NCBI RefSeq assembly: GCF_006345805.1
Contig: NC_042997.1
Coordinates: forward strand, 15,562,001 to 15,626,000
From: Octopus sinensis
Lineage: Eukaryota
Reading direction: 5' to 3'
DNA: 64,000 nt
Positions within the stretch are counted from its first letter, which is position 1; every line of letters begins with the position of its first letter. The notes below the pieces were generated by a model. It saw nothing but the letters and a program-made list of their open reading frames with translations, was not told where the DNA came from and did not search any database. This document shows, piece after piece, positions 27,254 to 40,245 of this stretch. The translations under genes and the position numbers were made by a program.

Positions 27254-27638
27254 GGCATCTGGTGGCTGCCCTGGTCACACACCCTCTGCATCTGGCCGAC
27301 ATTCGGAGTTGAGTTGAGTGTTTTTTGTTAGGCATCTGGTGGCTGCCCTGGTCACACACCCTCTGCATCTGGCCGACATTCGGAGTTGAGTTGAGTGTTT
27401 TTTGTTAGGCATCTGGTGGCTGCCCTGGTCACACACCCTCTGCATCTGGCCGACATTCGGAGTTGAGTTGAGTGTTTTTTGTTAGGCATCTGGTGGCTGC
27501 CCTGGTCACACACCCTCTGCATCTGGCCGAAATTCGGAGTTGAGTTCAGTGTTTTTTGTTAGGCATCTGGTGGCTGCCCTGGTCACACACCCTCTGCATC
27601 TGGCCGACATTCGGAGTTGAGTTGAGTGTTTTTTGTTA
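27254..27638. repeat. Tandem array, 5 x 77 bp
   Basis: Units start at 27254, 27331, 27408, 27485 and 27562. Only unit 4 differs, by 2 substitutions. Confidence 0.97.
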
Positions 27639-28474
27639 CTGTTAGCTGCAACAGGACAAAGCCAAGTGGGTTGGCTGCAAAGGTACACCATTACTTATCG
27701 TGGATGCGGCAACTTGTCCCCGATCCCAGTTATCCTGGATCTCCTCCTTGCTATTGGATTAGTCGCAAACAAATCTTTGCGCATCATTTCAATCCCATGG
27801 AGTCATACCAATAGTAAATGTTCAGATTTTATTCTTAAAAGTGCTTAATTTTTTTTTTTTTTAGCATTTTTAGCATTGGTATACATATATTCACATACAC
27901 ACTCATACGTTGACATACACACACACATATACATATGGAGACCCTTTGAGAAACCTATTAGAAGGGAGTCAGCATGCTAATGAGCTGCAGAGCGAAGATG
28001 ACGTCTCAGCCCAGCTCATGATCTTCAACTTTCACCATAAGCCATCACATAAATACATAGATCCGTCTACACAACACACATATACACTATGTTTCTACAT
28101 ACATACATTCATATTTATATATATGCATGCATACATATATGTACAACATACACGCACGTATATACATTATGTTCATACATGCATTAATACTTATACACAT
28201 ATATGCATAAATACATACTTACACACACGCACAGACTAAATATGGTGAAACCTAAAGCTGGATTAATTTTACGCCACATTATTCCATATGATCACATGTC
28301 TTGTTTCTGTTAATTTCACGTGGTTGCCGTTGCTCTTTTCCACAAGTCTATGTCCAACCTTTGCACTTCGAAATCCGCTTACGAACATCACACGTGCATC
28401 TGCTTTTGTATGTATGCAAAGATGTGCAGTTAATACGCAGTAATTTATCCATTCACAGATGTACTTCTCTCTCT

Positions 28475-28506
<32 letters not shown>

Positions 28507-28726
28507 TTTCCCACTTCTCTATCTCTAATTTTCATTCTGTCTATTCTGTTATCCGTTCCTTTCTTTTTCATTTTCTCTTTCTTTCTCTGTCTTTCTTAGC
28601 CCCTCCCCCTCTAATTTCAAACATGTTACTATTTGTCGTTCGTTTTCTTTCTCTTTGCAATCTTACCTGGCTATTTGTCAATGTTTCTGCATGTATGTCT
28701 CTCTCTCTCTCTTTCTCTCCCAATCA

Positions 28727-28771
<45 letters not shown>

Positions 28772-28865
28772 AGTCAATCAAAACGATTTCAAATTTTGCA
28801 TGGATGTCTGTATGCAAGTACGTATGTGTGTGCATGTAATTACGTACGTATGCGTATATGCATAT

Positions 28866-28927
<62 letters not shown>

Positions 28928-30365
28928 TCATGCGTATGTATGTGTCTCTATATGTGTATGTGTGTGTGTGTGTGAATGTGCGCGTGTCTAATATAACATA
29001 CATTATTATAATATAATTATTATAAGAATGTGTGCATCTGTCCGTTTATGTGTATATATATAATATATATATATGTGTATATGCATGCATGAATACACAC
29101 ACACACGCACGCACGCGCGCGCACACACACATAAATGAAGATATACACGCACACACAGACAAACGCACACCTGATTGCTCATGTTCTTTCTTAGTATTGT
29201 TGTTGTTGTTACCCTCTTACTGCTGTTGAACAGCGCCACAAATTTGTACATGAATAAATTGATGGCTCAAAAGTCACGTCTTCTTTATAGCGACACAAGG
29301 ATTGTCTAATATTCTGTTACTTAATACTTATATAACGTTTTCCTTGTTTAAAAAAAAAAAAACTGGAAAGAGAACGAGGAAAAGAGAGATGGGAAGAGAA
29401 AGTGGGTGGTGAGAGGTAGGATATGTATGAGAGAGAGAGAGCGCGCGCCGGAGAGAAAGTTGGAGACAAAGAAGGAGAAAGAGGGAGAGAGAGAGAGAGA
29501 GAGAAAGCTAGATTTTCTTCAAAGATTTAGCTGTTATATGAAGTAGGTCAAAGGACAATAAGGAAAATTTCTTGTCTTTAATCTTGTACTGTTTTATTTC
29601 AACTGTTGTTTTATCTCACTCCATGATATTGGACTATTCGAATTACTTCCCTTAGTTCATTCTTGTTTAATATTATGTAAATTACTGCCGATCCAAGGTC
29701 ATCGTATTTTTCTTTCCTATTTTTTTTACATGTTAAAACTACTGCACTGACGAAACCTAATAATACCGAAACAGTGATTAGACTTCTCCCACATGAATGG
29801 GAATTATATTGTTTTAATTCTTAATTTTTTAATTCTTAATTTTTCTAAACCATTTTTCCTTTTTAGTGTGAGTTAACGATTGCCGCTAAATTTTTGTGTT
29901 CTTTCTCCAAATGTGAGGAAATTTCAACTGATTAAGAATTTTTTTGTACACAAGCAAGTACTTTATTATACCAGCCAATCCAAACCTACTGTTCATTTTC
30001 ATCACACATTTTTTCTCCGCTAATTTCTTCTCTCTCCTTCTTCTCGCCCTCCTTCTCTCATTTGCTTCTTATTTCTCTCTTTTATTCCCCCAAATCTTCT
30101 CTTTTGTCTCTACGTTACCGCTCTCTATATACAACCAATTACCAGATCCTATTGTCCGATGTCACGTCTTTTCTGGCATAACTTCTGCAGTCACAATTGC
30201 CCCGACGGGCTAACAAGGGGATCTTTACGCAGACGTTTGGCACGCTAAAAATGGCAACTAAATTAACATCAGATTGACCGCGACTACCTTAAAATGGTGT
30301 ATGTTCACGGTTGAAATAGTTTCGATCATTTGTTTGCTCAGTTACAACTGACCCGAGACAAAACA

Positions 30366-30366
30366 G

Positions 30367-30422
<56 letters not shown>

Positions 30423-30639
30423 GCTACTGCTGTTGCTATTGCTACTGCTGTTGCTGCTGGTACCGCTGCCGCTGTTGGTACTGTTGCTACTACTACTACT
30501 GCTACTACTACTACTACTACTACTACTGCTACTGCTGCTGCTATTGCTACTGCTGTTGCTGCTGGTACCGCTGCCGCTGTTGGTACTGTTGCTACTACTA
30601 CTACTGCTACTACTACTGCTACTACTGCTGCTGCTGCTG

Positions 30640-30683
<44 letters not shown>

Positions 30684-30941
30684 GCTACTGCTGTTGCTAT
30701 TGCTATCTGTGTGCTGCTGGTACCGCTGCCGCTGTTGTACTGTGTACATACTACTGCTCACTACTTGCTACTATGCTGTGTGCTATACTACTACTCCTAC
30801 TACTACTACTACTACTACTACTAATGCTACTGCTATGCTGTGCTATTGCTACTGCTGTTGCTGCTGGTACCGCTGCCGCTGTTGGTACTGTGCTACTACT
30901 ACTACTGCTACTACTACTGCTACTACTGCTGCTGCTGCTGG

Positions 30942-30977
<36 letters not shown>

Positions 30978-31105
30978 ACTACACTACTGCTAATGCTGTG
31001 CTATTGCTACTGCTGTTGCTGCTGGTACCGCTGCCGCTGTTGGTACTGTTGCTACTACTACTACTGCTACTACTACTGCTACTACTGATGCTGCGCTGCT
31101 GTGCT

Positions 31106-31141
<36 letters not shown>

Positions 31142-31720
31142 TACTACGCTACTGCTGTTGCTATTGCTACTGTGTTGCTGCTGGTACCGCTGCCGCTGTT
31201 GGTACTGTTGCTACTACTACTACTGCTACTACTACTGCTACTACTGCTGCTGCTGCTGCTACTACTACTACTATACTACTACTACTACTACTATACTACT
31301 ACTACTACTGTTGCTGTTGCTATTGCTACTGCTGTTGCTGCTGGTACCGCTGCCGCTGTTGGTACTGTTGCTACTACTACTACGCTACTACTACTGCTAC
31401 TACTGCTGCTTGCTGCTGCTACTACTACTATACTACTACTATACTACTATACTACTCGACTGCTGTTGCTATTGCTACTGCTGTTGCTGCTGGTACCGCG
31501 CCGTGTTTGGTACTGTTGCTACTACTAAATGCTATACTACTGCTACTACTGCTGCTGCTGCTGCTTACTACTACTACTAACTACTACTACTACTACTACT
31601 ACTACTGCTACTGCTGTGGCTGTTGCTATGCTGTTGCTTGCTGGTACCGCTGCCGCTGTTGGTACTGTTGCTACTACTACTACTGCACTACTACTTGCTA
31701 CTACTGCTGCTGCTGCGCTG

Positions 31721-31761
<41 letters not shown>

Positions 31762-31884
31762 GCTACTGCTGTTGCTATGCTACTGCTGTTGCTGCTGGTA
31801 CCGCTGCCGCGTGTTGGTACTGTTGCTACTACTACTATGCTACTACTACTGCTACTACTGCTGCTGCTGCTGTACTACTAATAC

Positions 31885-31915
<31 letters not shown>

Positions 31916-32022
31916 GCTACTGCTGTTGCTATTGCGATGCTGTTGCTGGTACCGCTGCCGCTGTGGTACTGTTGCTACTACTACTACTGCTACTACTACT
32001 GCTACTACTGCTGCTGCTGCTG

Positions 32023-32058
<36 letters not shown>

Positions 32059-32187
32059 TACTACTACTACTATGCTACTGCTGTTGCTATTGCTAACTGC
32101 TGTTGCTGCTGGTACCGCTGCCGCTGTTGGTACTGTTGCTACTACTACTACTGCACTACTACTGCACTACTACTGCTGCTGCTGCTG

Positions 32188-32228
<41 letters not shown>

Positions 32229-32342
32229 GCTACTGCTGTGCTATGCTACTGCTGTTGCTGCTGGTACCGCTGCCGCTGTTAGGTACTGTTGCTACTACTA
32301 CTACTGCTACTACTACTGCTACTACTGCTGCTGCTGCTGCTG

Positions 32343-32383
<41 letters not shown>

Positions 32384-32498
32384 GCTACTGCTGTTGCTAT
32401 TGCTACTGCTGTTGCTGCTGGTACCGCTGCCGCTGTTGGTACTGTTGCTACTACTACTACTGCTACTACTACTGCTACTACTGCTGCTGCTGCTGCTG

Positions 32499-32542
<44 letters not shown>

Positions 32543-32968
32543 GCTACTGCTGTTGCTATTGCTACTGCTGTTGCTGCTGGTACCGCTGCCGCTGTTGGTA
32601 CTGTTGCTACTACTACTACTGCCTACTACTACTGCTACTACTGCTGCTGCTGCTGCTACTACTAATCTACTACTACTAACTACTACTACTACTACTGCTA
32701 CTGCTGTTGCTATTGCCTACTGCTGTTGCTGCTGGTACGCTGCCGCTGTTGGTATGTTGCTACTACTACTACTGCTACTACTACTGCTACTACTGCTGCT
32801 GCTGCTGCTACTACTACTACTACTACTACACTACTACTACTACTACTACTACTGCTACTGCTGTTGCTATTGCTACTGCTGTTGCTGCTGGTACCGCTGC
32901 CGCTGTTGGTACTGTTGCTACTACTACTACTGCTACTACTACTGCTACTACTGCTGCTGCTGCTGCTG

Positions 32969-33009
<41 letters not shown>

Positions 33010-33124
33010 GCTACTGCTGTTGCTATTGCTACTGCTGTTGCTGCTGGTACCGCTGCCGCTGTTGGTACTGTTGCTACTACTACTACTGCTACTACTACTG
33101 CTACTACTGCTGCTGCTGCTGCTG

Positions 33125-33162
<38 letters not shown>

Positions 33163-33226
33163 GCTACTGCTGTTGCTATTGCTACTGCTGTTGCTGCTGG
33201 TACCGCTGCCGCTGTTGGTACTGTTG

Positions 33227-33290
<64 letters not shown>
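30366..33290. repeat. Higher-order triplet minisatellite: 19 units, mostly ~150-160 bp, core gctggtaccgctgccgctgttggtactgttgct
   Basis: The core recurs at about 30459, 30564, 30719 ... 32890, 33046 and 33199, separated by (ACT)n/(GCT)n runs. Confidence 0.95.
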
Positions 33291-33624
33291 ATCAACATTA
33301 ATAATAACAACAACGGCAGCTTTTATTCAGTTTCCCGCCGTACGTGCTCCCTACCTGCCACTGCAATAATGAGCATTGTTGCTTTTGCCTGTTTAGTCCC
33401 ATCGGTCCTACATCTGGTCAGACAGCCATGACCAATCCATATAGTGGCCATGCCACTGTCTCTTACTTTTTGGTACATTTATAGAATTTGCGTTGTACAA
33501 TTCGACGTTCTTTTAAAACAAAGGTTGTAACGTGGCTTCAGGGTGGCTTACGTTGCTATATCTAGCTGTTCATGCGAACACATAGAGGCCTTCGCAAGTG
33601 GTGGTGTTCTTATAGCTAATGCAT

Positions 33625-33781
33625 TTACTGTTGTTGTTGTTTGTTGTTGTTGTTGTTGCTGATGCTGATGCTGATGCTGATGCTTCAGCAGGTATTGTTG
33701 CTGTTGGTGCTGTTGTTACTTCTATCGTTAACTACTAATGATATTGTTACAATAGCTGCTGCAGCTACTACTGGTGGTGCT

Positions 33782-33880
<99 letters not shown>

Positions 33881-34519
33881 ACTACTACTACTACTACTTC
33901 TACTGCTACTGCTGCTGCTACAGTTGTTTGCTACTGCTGTAGTTGCTGCTGCTGTTGCTGTTGTGGATGCTGCTGCTGCTACTACTACTACTACTACTAC
34001 TGCTGCTGCTACATCTAATATTGCTGTGTATGCTGCTACTGAGTCTACCAATGCTAGCTCAGGTATTGATACTGTAACTACTACTACAACTGCTGCCTGC
34101 TACTACTACTACTACTACTACTACTACTATACTACTACTACTACTGCAACTGCTGCTGCCACTGTTGTTGCTACTGCTGATGTTGTTGCTGCTGCTGTTA
34201 CTGCTGTGGATGCTGCTGCTGTGAATGCTGCTGCTGTGGATGCTGCTGCTGCTGTGGATGCTGCTGCTGCTGTGGATGCTGCTGCTGCTGTGGATGCTGC
34301 TGCTGTGAATGCCGCTGCTGTGGATGCTGCTGCTGTGAATGCTGCTGCTGTGGATGCTGCTGCTGCTGTGGATGCTGCTGCTGCTGTGGATGCTGCTGCT
34401 GCTGTGGATGCTGCTGCTGCTACTACTACTATTACTACTACTGCTGCTACAGCTGCCGCTGCATCTGTTATTGCTATGCATGATGCTACTGAGGCTACTA
34501 ATGCTAGCTCAGGTATTGA

Positions 34520-34569
<50 letters not shown>

Positions 34570-34642
34570 TTGCTACTACTACTACTACTACTACTACTAC
34601 AACTACTACTACTGGTGCTGCTGGTGCTGCTGCTACTACCAA

Positions 34643-34684
<42 letters not shown>

Positions 34685-34701
34685 AACTACTGCTGCTGTT
34701 G

Positions 34702-34748
<47 letters not shown>

Positions 34749-35164
34749 GCTGCTGCTATCATTGCTGTCACCGATACCGCTAATGTCATTCACCATCAAT
34801 CCCATTGTTGACATGGCTGTTACATCTAAAGTTACCGCCATCTTTGTTCTCAGCACCACCTACCGGCATCATCATAAGCATCACCGCCATTTTATAATTT
34901 TGCCGCCACTTGCAACGCTATGTTCATCACCATCACCATCACCATCACAGAGAGAACCTGGCACCACCACCACACCACCACCACCACCACCACCACCACC
35001 ACCACCACCACCACCATCACCACCACCACCACCACCACCACCACCACCACCACCACCACCACTACCACCATCACCACCACCACCACCACCACCACCATCA
35101 CCACCACTACCGCCGCCGCCTCTGCTGCTGCTGTTGCTACTACTATACTACTACTACTACTACT

Positions 35165-35199
<35 letters not shown>

Positions 35200-35329
35200 T
35201 TGCTACTACTACTACTACTACTACTACTACAACTACTACTACTGTGCTGCTGGTGCTGCTGCTACTACCAATACTACTACTACTACTACTACTACTACTA
35301 TACTACTACTACAACTACTGCTGCTGTTG

Positions 35330-35376
<47 letters not shown>

Positions 35377-35762
35377 GCTGCTGCTATCATTGCTGTCACC
35401 GATACCGCTAATGTCATTCACCATCAATCCCATTGTTGACATGGCTGTTACATCTAAAGTTACCGCCATCTTTGTTCTCAGCACCACCTACCGGCATCAT
35501 CATAAGCATCACGCCATTTTATAATTTTGCCGCCACTTGCAACGCTATGTTCATCACCATCACCATCACCATCACAGAGAGAACCTGGCACCACCACCAC
35601 CCACCACCACACACCACCACCACACACCAACCACCACCACCATCACCACCACCACCACCACCACCACCACCACCACCACCACCACCACTACCACCATCAC
35701 CACCACCACCACCACCACCACCATCACCACCACTACCGCCGCCGCCTCTGCTGCTGCTGTTG

Positions 35763-35825
<63 letters not shown>
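33625..35825. repeat. Triplet-mosaic repeat field including a (gctgctgct[gct]gtg[g/a]at)n array and a ~630-bp tandem duplication
   Basis: Direct reading. A unique segment is duplicated at 34755-34970 and 35383-35597. Confidence 0.9.
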
Positions 35826-35826
<1 letters not shown>

Positions 35827-36246
35827 ACTCGCTGCAACCATAAGATGCTGCTGAAATGATGAATCTGCATTAAAGCAGCTTTTCATTCATTAGATCGTGA
35901 ATCACGCAATTGCACACCGCTTCCATCTTCCTTCACTCCACCCACCGCTGTATTTTAAACGCCCCCCACCTCCGGTTTTTTGGAGAAGAGGGGCAGATAA
36001 CTCTATCGACCCTATTGATGTCCCATTGATGTTATTATTGTAGATAGCGGGAGGAAGTTGATCGGTCTCACTGAGAGGGGAATCTATTGTTTAGGAGGTT
36101 AAAAGATAGCTTTGTGACACTGTATCGTGCCGACATGTCGTCATATATGGAAAGGTATCGCCTGTATACTCTCTCTGTCTCTATCTATCTATCTCTATCT
36201 CACTCACACACACACACATATATCAACACTCGTTTACACATCCACG

Positions 36247-36282
<36 letters not shown>

Positions 36283-36685
36283 ACATATATATATATATAT
36301 ATATGTGCGTATATGCATATGTACGTGTGTGTATGTGCGCGCATATGTATGCATGTATGTATATAATCAAATGCACGTATGCATATACGCACAAATAAAC
36401 ATGCAGAGTGATAAGGATATTATTTACATACCGCCGGTTCCATACTGGAACCCCTTATACCTAACGCATCTCTCTTTCTTTCGCTCTCTCCCTTTCTCTC
36501 TGTGCATATATATATATATTATATATATATATATATAAATATATAAATATAAATATATATATAAATATAAATATATAAATAATATAATATATATACATGT
36601 ATAAATTTATAATATATATTATGTGTGTCTGTGTGTATCATATACATATATATATACATACATATATATATATATACATATATAT

Positions 36686-36716
<31 letters not shown>

Positions 36717-36843
36717 GATAGATATATGAATGTATATTTACATACACACACATACATATATACTACATACGTATATACATATATAGCTGTATATGATAAA
36801 ATATATGCTTGTTTATATATATATGCATATATATATATGTGTG

Positions 36844-36876
<33 letters not shown>

Positions 36877-37796
36877 AATCACACAAACGTAAATCAAAAC
36901 GAAACTTAGTGAGAGAGGTCAACGACATGGATATGAATATAAACAAAGGTATATGAAATATCATGCAAAAGGAAAAAAATTATTGCCTTTTAAAATTATC
37001 TCTGCCTGTAAAGGATGTTTCACATTTACAAAATAGCTCCATATGAGAAGAGGAAATGACATCAAGAATCAAAATTCTTGAAAGTTAACATGAAGGAAAA
37101 TGACTGGTTTATTGTAAGGCGATAAAATGGCGGTTGTGGACACGTGTTTGCATCTATTTATATACAATGGTAGCTCAAATATATAGATAACTGTTGGAAA
37201 GTACAGCCTTGAAAGAAAATCTGCCAGCAATGCGAAATAATGGTATTTGCTTCTGCATGTTGAACAGTGTGAAATATCGAGACATTTGGGCTCTTTTATA
37301 TATATGTTTTACAAATGTCAGTCGTTGGCGCACGGCCATGCTGGGGCACTGACTTTAAAGCTCTTAATCGATCACACAACACCGGTACTTATTTGGGCCT
37401 GTGGTACTGCTTCACGGATATGTTTGGAATTTGATACATATGCACATACAACACACACACACACTCGCCGGTGCATACGCACACACGCAAACATACACAT
37501 ACATAAATATGTACGACCCCACCATAAGTACATATAGTTATGTATTAATTCACGTACCTAAGCAAATATGTATGTATGTATTTCTTTCTCTCTATATATA
37601 TATATGTATATGCATCCATCCATCCATCCATCCATCCATACATACATACAGTGGCGGCCAAAATGATCAGAACGGTTGCTTTTACTCCGTGTTTTAGTAT
37701 ATTTAACCGGCGAACTCTAATGTTTTGAATTTGTTTACGTGACGGTTCGTTTACTAAACATTAGTAAGAATATTTGCAGTGTACTTTGTTAATATA

Positions 37797-39192
37797 ATGC
37801 CACTTACTCCGTTACCAATTCGTCAGCAGATTATTAAGCTTCGAAGGAAGGATAATTTAAGTATTGGATCTATTGCAAAGATTGTTAACAAGTCAAAAAG
37901 TGTTGTACACGGTATTCTTAAGGTCTACGATGTGGAGGCGAAATGGCCCAGTGGTTAGGGCAGCGGACTCGCGGTCATAGGATCGCGGTTTCGATTCCCA
38001 GACCGGGCGTTGTGAGTGCTTATTGAGCGAAAACACCTAAAGCTCCACGAGTCTCCGGCAGGGGATGGTGGTGATCCCTGCTGTACTCTTTCACCACAAC
38101 TTTCTCTCACTCTTACTTCCTGTTTCTGTTGTACCTGTATTTCAAAGGGCCGGCCTTGTCACTCTCTGTGTCACGCTGAATATTCCACCGAGAACTACGT
38201 TAAGGGTGCACGTGTCTGTGGAGTGCTCAGCCACTTACACGTTAATTTCACGAGCAGGCTGTTCCGTTGATTCGGATCAACCGGAACCCTCATCGTCGTA
38301 ACCGACGGAGTGCTTCCACAAGGTCTACGATGACTGTGGTTCGTGTGAAGCAAGAAAGTTTACAGGTAGGCCAAGAAAAACGACCAAGAGAGAAGATCGT
38401 GCTATGGTAAAGTTGGTTAAAAAGGACAGATTTAAAACTGCTGCTGCTGTTTCTCGGGAAATGAGCATTGTATTGAAGAAAACTTTGTCCCGTCGTTTAG
38501 TTGAACATGACCTACAAGCAAGAGCACCTGCAGTGAAGCCACTGATCAGCTCCAAGAATAAAAAGTGTCGTCTTACCTTTGCAGCCGAACATGTGTTGTG
38601 GTCTCAAGAAAAATGGCAAACGGTGCATTTCAGTGATGAATCTATGTTATTTGGCTCAGATGGGAAAAGGTACGTTCGTAGAAAAGTAGGTGAAAAATTG
38701 TCGCCTAAATGCCTTAAGACTAGTGTTAAATTCGGTGGAGGAAGTGTCATGGTTTGGGGGATGATATCTGGAGATGGTGTGGGCCCTTTGGTGCGATTAC
38801 ATGGAAAGGTAATTGCAGGAGTTTATAAACAACTTGTAAAAGATCATGTCTTGCCTGTGCTGAGAAATTCAACTAAGCGACCACCCATATTCATGCAGGA
38901 CAATGCCCCATGTCACAAGGCTAAGGTGGTCATGAACTTCCTCAAGGCTGAAAAGGTTATTGTTATGGATTGGCCTGCTCAAAGCCCAGATCTCAATCCT
39001 ATTGAAAATGTATGGAATATTCTAGGAGAACGTTCGAAAGCCAGAAATCCTAAAACAACCGAGCAATTATGGAATGCCCTTCAGGAAGAATGGAATAAGA
39101 TCACCCAGCAAGAAATTGAAAATTTAATTTCCTCATGCAGTCGAGGATGTCAGAGTGTGATTGAAGCTAAAGGGCTTCACACTAAATATTAA
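37797..39192 (+). pseudogene. Tc1 transposase interrupted by a SINE; 331 aa when 37932-38331 is removed
   Basis: 37797-37931 encodes MPLTPLPIRQQIIKLRRKDNLSIGSIAKIVNKSKSVVHGILKVYD. 38332 onward continues in frame through DCGSCEARKFTGRPRKT into ORF 38404-39192, with FSDES, VMVWG, FMQDNAPCH and SPDLNPIE (D-34-E). Confidence 0.93.
37932..38319 (+). mobile_element. SINE family B, tail type 1
   Basis: 12-bp TSD aaggtctacgat at 37920-37931 and 38320-38331. tRNA A/B boxes present. Confidence 0.95.
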
Positions 39193-39847
39193 ATAATTCC
39201 AGTATTCTCTGTCATTTTTGATTATTTTGTTATTTTTTAAACCGTTCTGATCATTTTGGCCGCCATGGGTTTGCAGTAAATCACTAAATCATCCATAACT
39301 TTTGTATTATCCTCTCAAATTACACCAGAATCTCAGCCAATAACAATTCATATTGTATTTATTGTCAGTGAAAATTATAGAATATAAAACTACTTTGATA
39401 AAAACTTATACTTACTTTTCTGATGAAAACAATGCCGTTCTGAACATTTTGGCCGCAACTGTACATACATACATATATATACTACCAAAACGTCCGTCAT
39501 CTACATCTAGAATAAAGATCCAGTCCTGCAGTAGCTTGAGTTTCAGGAGCTCACAACATTTCAACCCTCTGCCAAACAACCTCAAAGATCTGTGAGGTGT
39601 AGATGTGGAATTTTTCAGGGAACATGCGGACTAACGTTTTCTCTGAGACACTCGACGAACCCATGTCGCGCCAGGAAACACAAAGAAGAGCAGTATTGTC
39701 CAAATCGTTATTCATCGGAAACAATTCCGAAAAGAAATCCAGAAAGCCTGAGGTAATAACCAATCACACAAAAAAAACTATCCCCCAACATGGCCTCAGC
39801 GGCAGGCTGAGATCAGTGCAAGATAAAAGGTATATGTGTGTATACAT

Positions 39848-40078
39848 GGCGGCGAGCTGGCAGAAACGTTAGCACGCCGGGCGAAATGCTTTGCGGTATT
39901 TCGTCTGCCGTTACGTTCTGAGTTCAAATTCCGCCGAGGTCGACTTTGCCTTTCATCCTTTCGGGGTCGATAAATTAAAGTACCAGTTACGCACTGGGGT
40001 CGATGTAATCGACTTAATACCTATGTCTGTCCTTGTTTGTCCCCTCTGTGTTTAGCCCCTTGTGGGTAATAAAGAAAT
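39848..40078 (+). mobile_element. SINE family A, full length
   Basis: 21-bp TSD aggtatat(g/a)tgtgtatacatg at 39828-39848 and 40079-40099. Confidence 0.93.
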
Positions 40079-40152
40079 AGGTATATATGTGTATACATGT
40101 TCATGTAAGCATGTATATATGTGTGAGCATGTGTGTGTGTGTGTGTGTGTGT

Positions 40153-40236
<84 letters not shown>

Positions 40237-40245
40237 ATCTATCTT

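Larger units (their letters stand above)
37649..39461 (+). mobile_element. Tc1-family DNA transposon (DD34E) inserted at a TA in a (CATA)n tract
   Basis: 27-bp TIRs cagtggcggccaaaatgatcagaacgg / ccgttctgaacattttggccgcaactg (2 mismatches), with TA flanks at 37647-48 and 39462-63. Confidence 0.95.

Noticed and set aside
27254-27638. CRISPR-like or ribozyme array
   Set aside because: The units are contiguous and identical with no spacers, no cas genes are present, the context is eukaryotic, and there is no CUGANGA/GAAA core on either strand.
29747-29775. CTGACGA...GAAAC hammerhead-like core
   Set aside because: The intervening aacctaataatacc cannot form stem II, and stems I and III are not evident.
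34200-34410. (DAAAAV/NAAAV)n peptide resembling type I antifreeze protein
   Set aside because: A 15-18-bp GCT-based repeat inside a triplet field, with no gene structure; the similarity is expected from GCT runs.
37932-38000. tRNA gene calls at A/B-box sequences (also 43894, 57356 and others)
   Set aside because: These are SINE heads that continue into SINE bodies; no complete cloverleaf or terminator.
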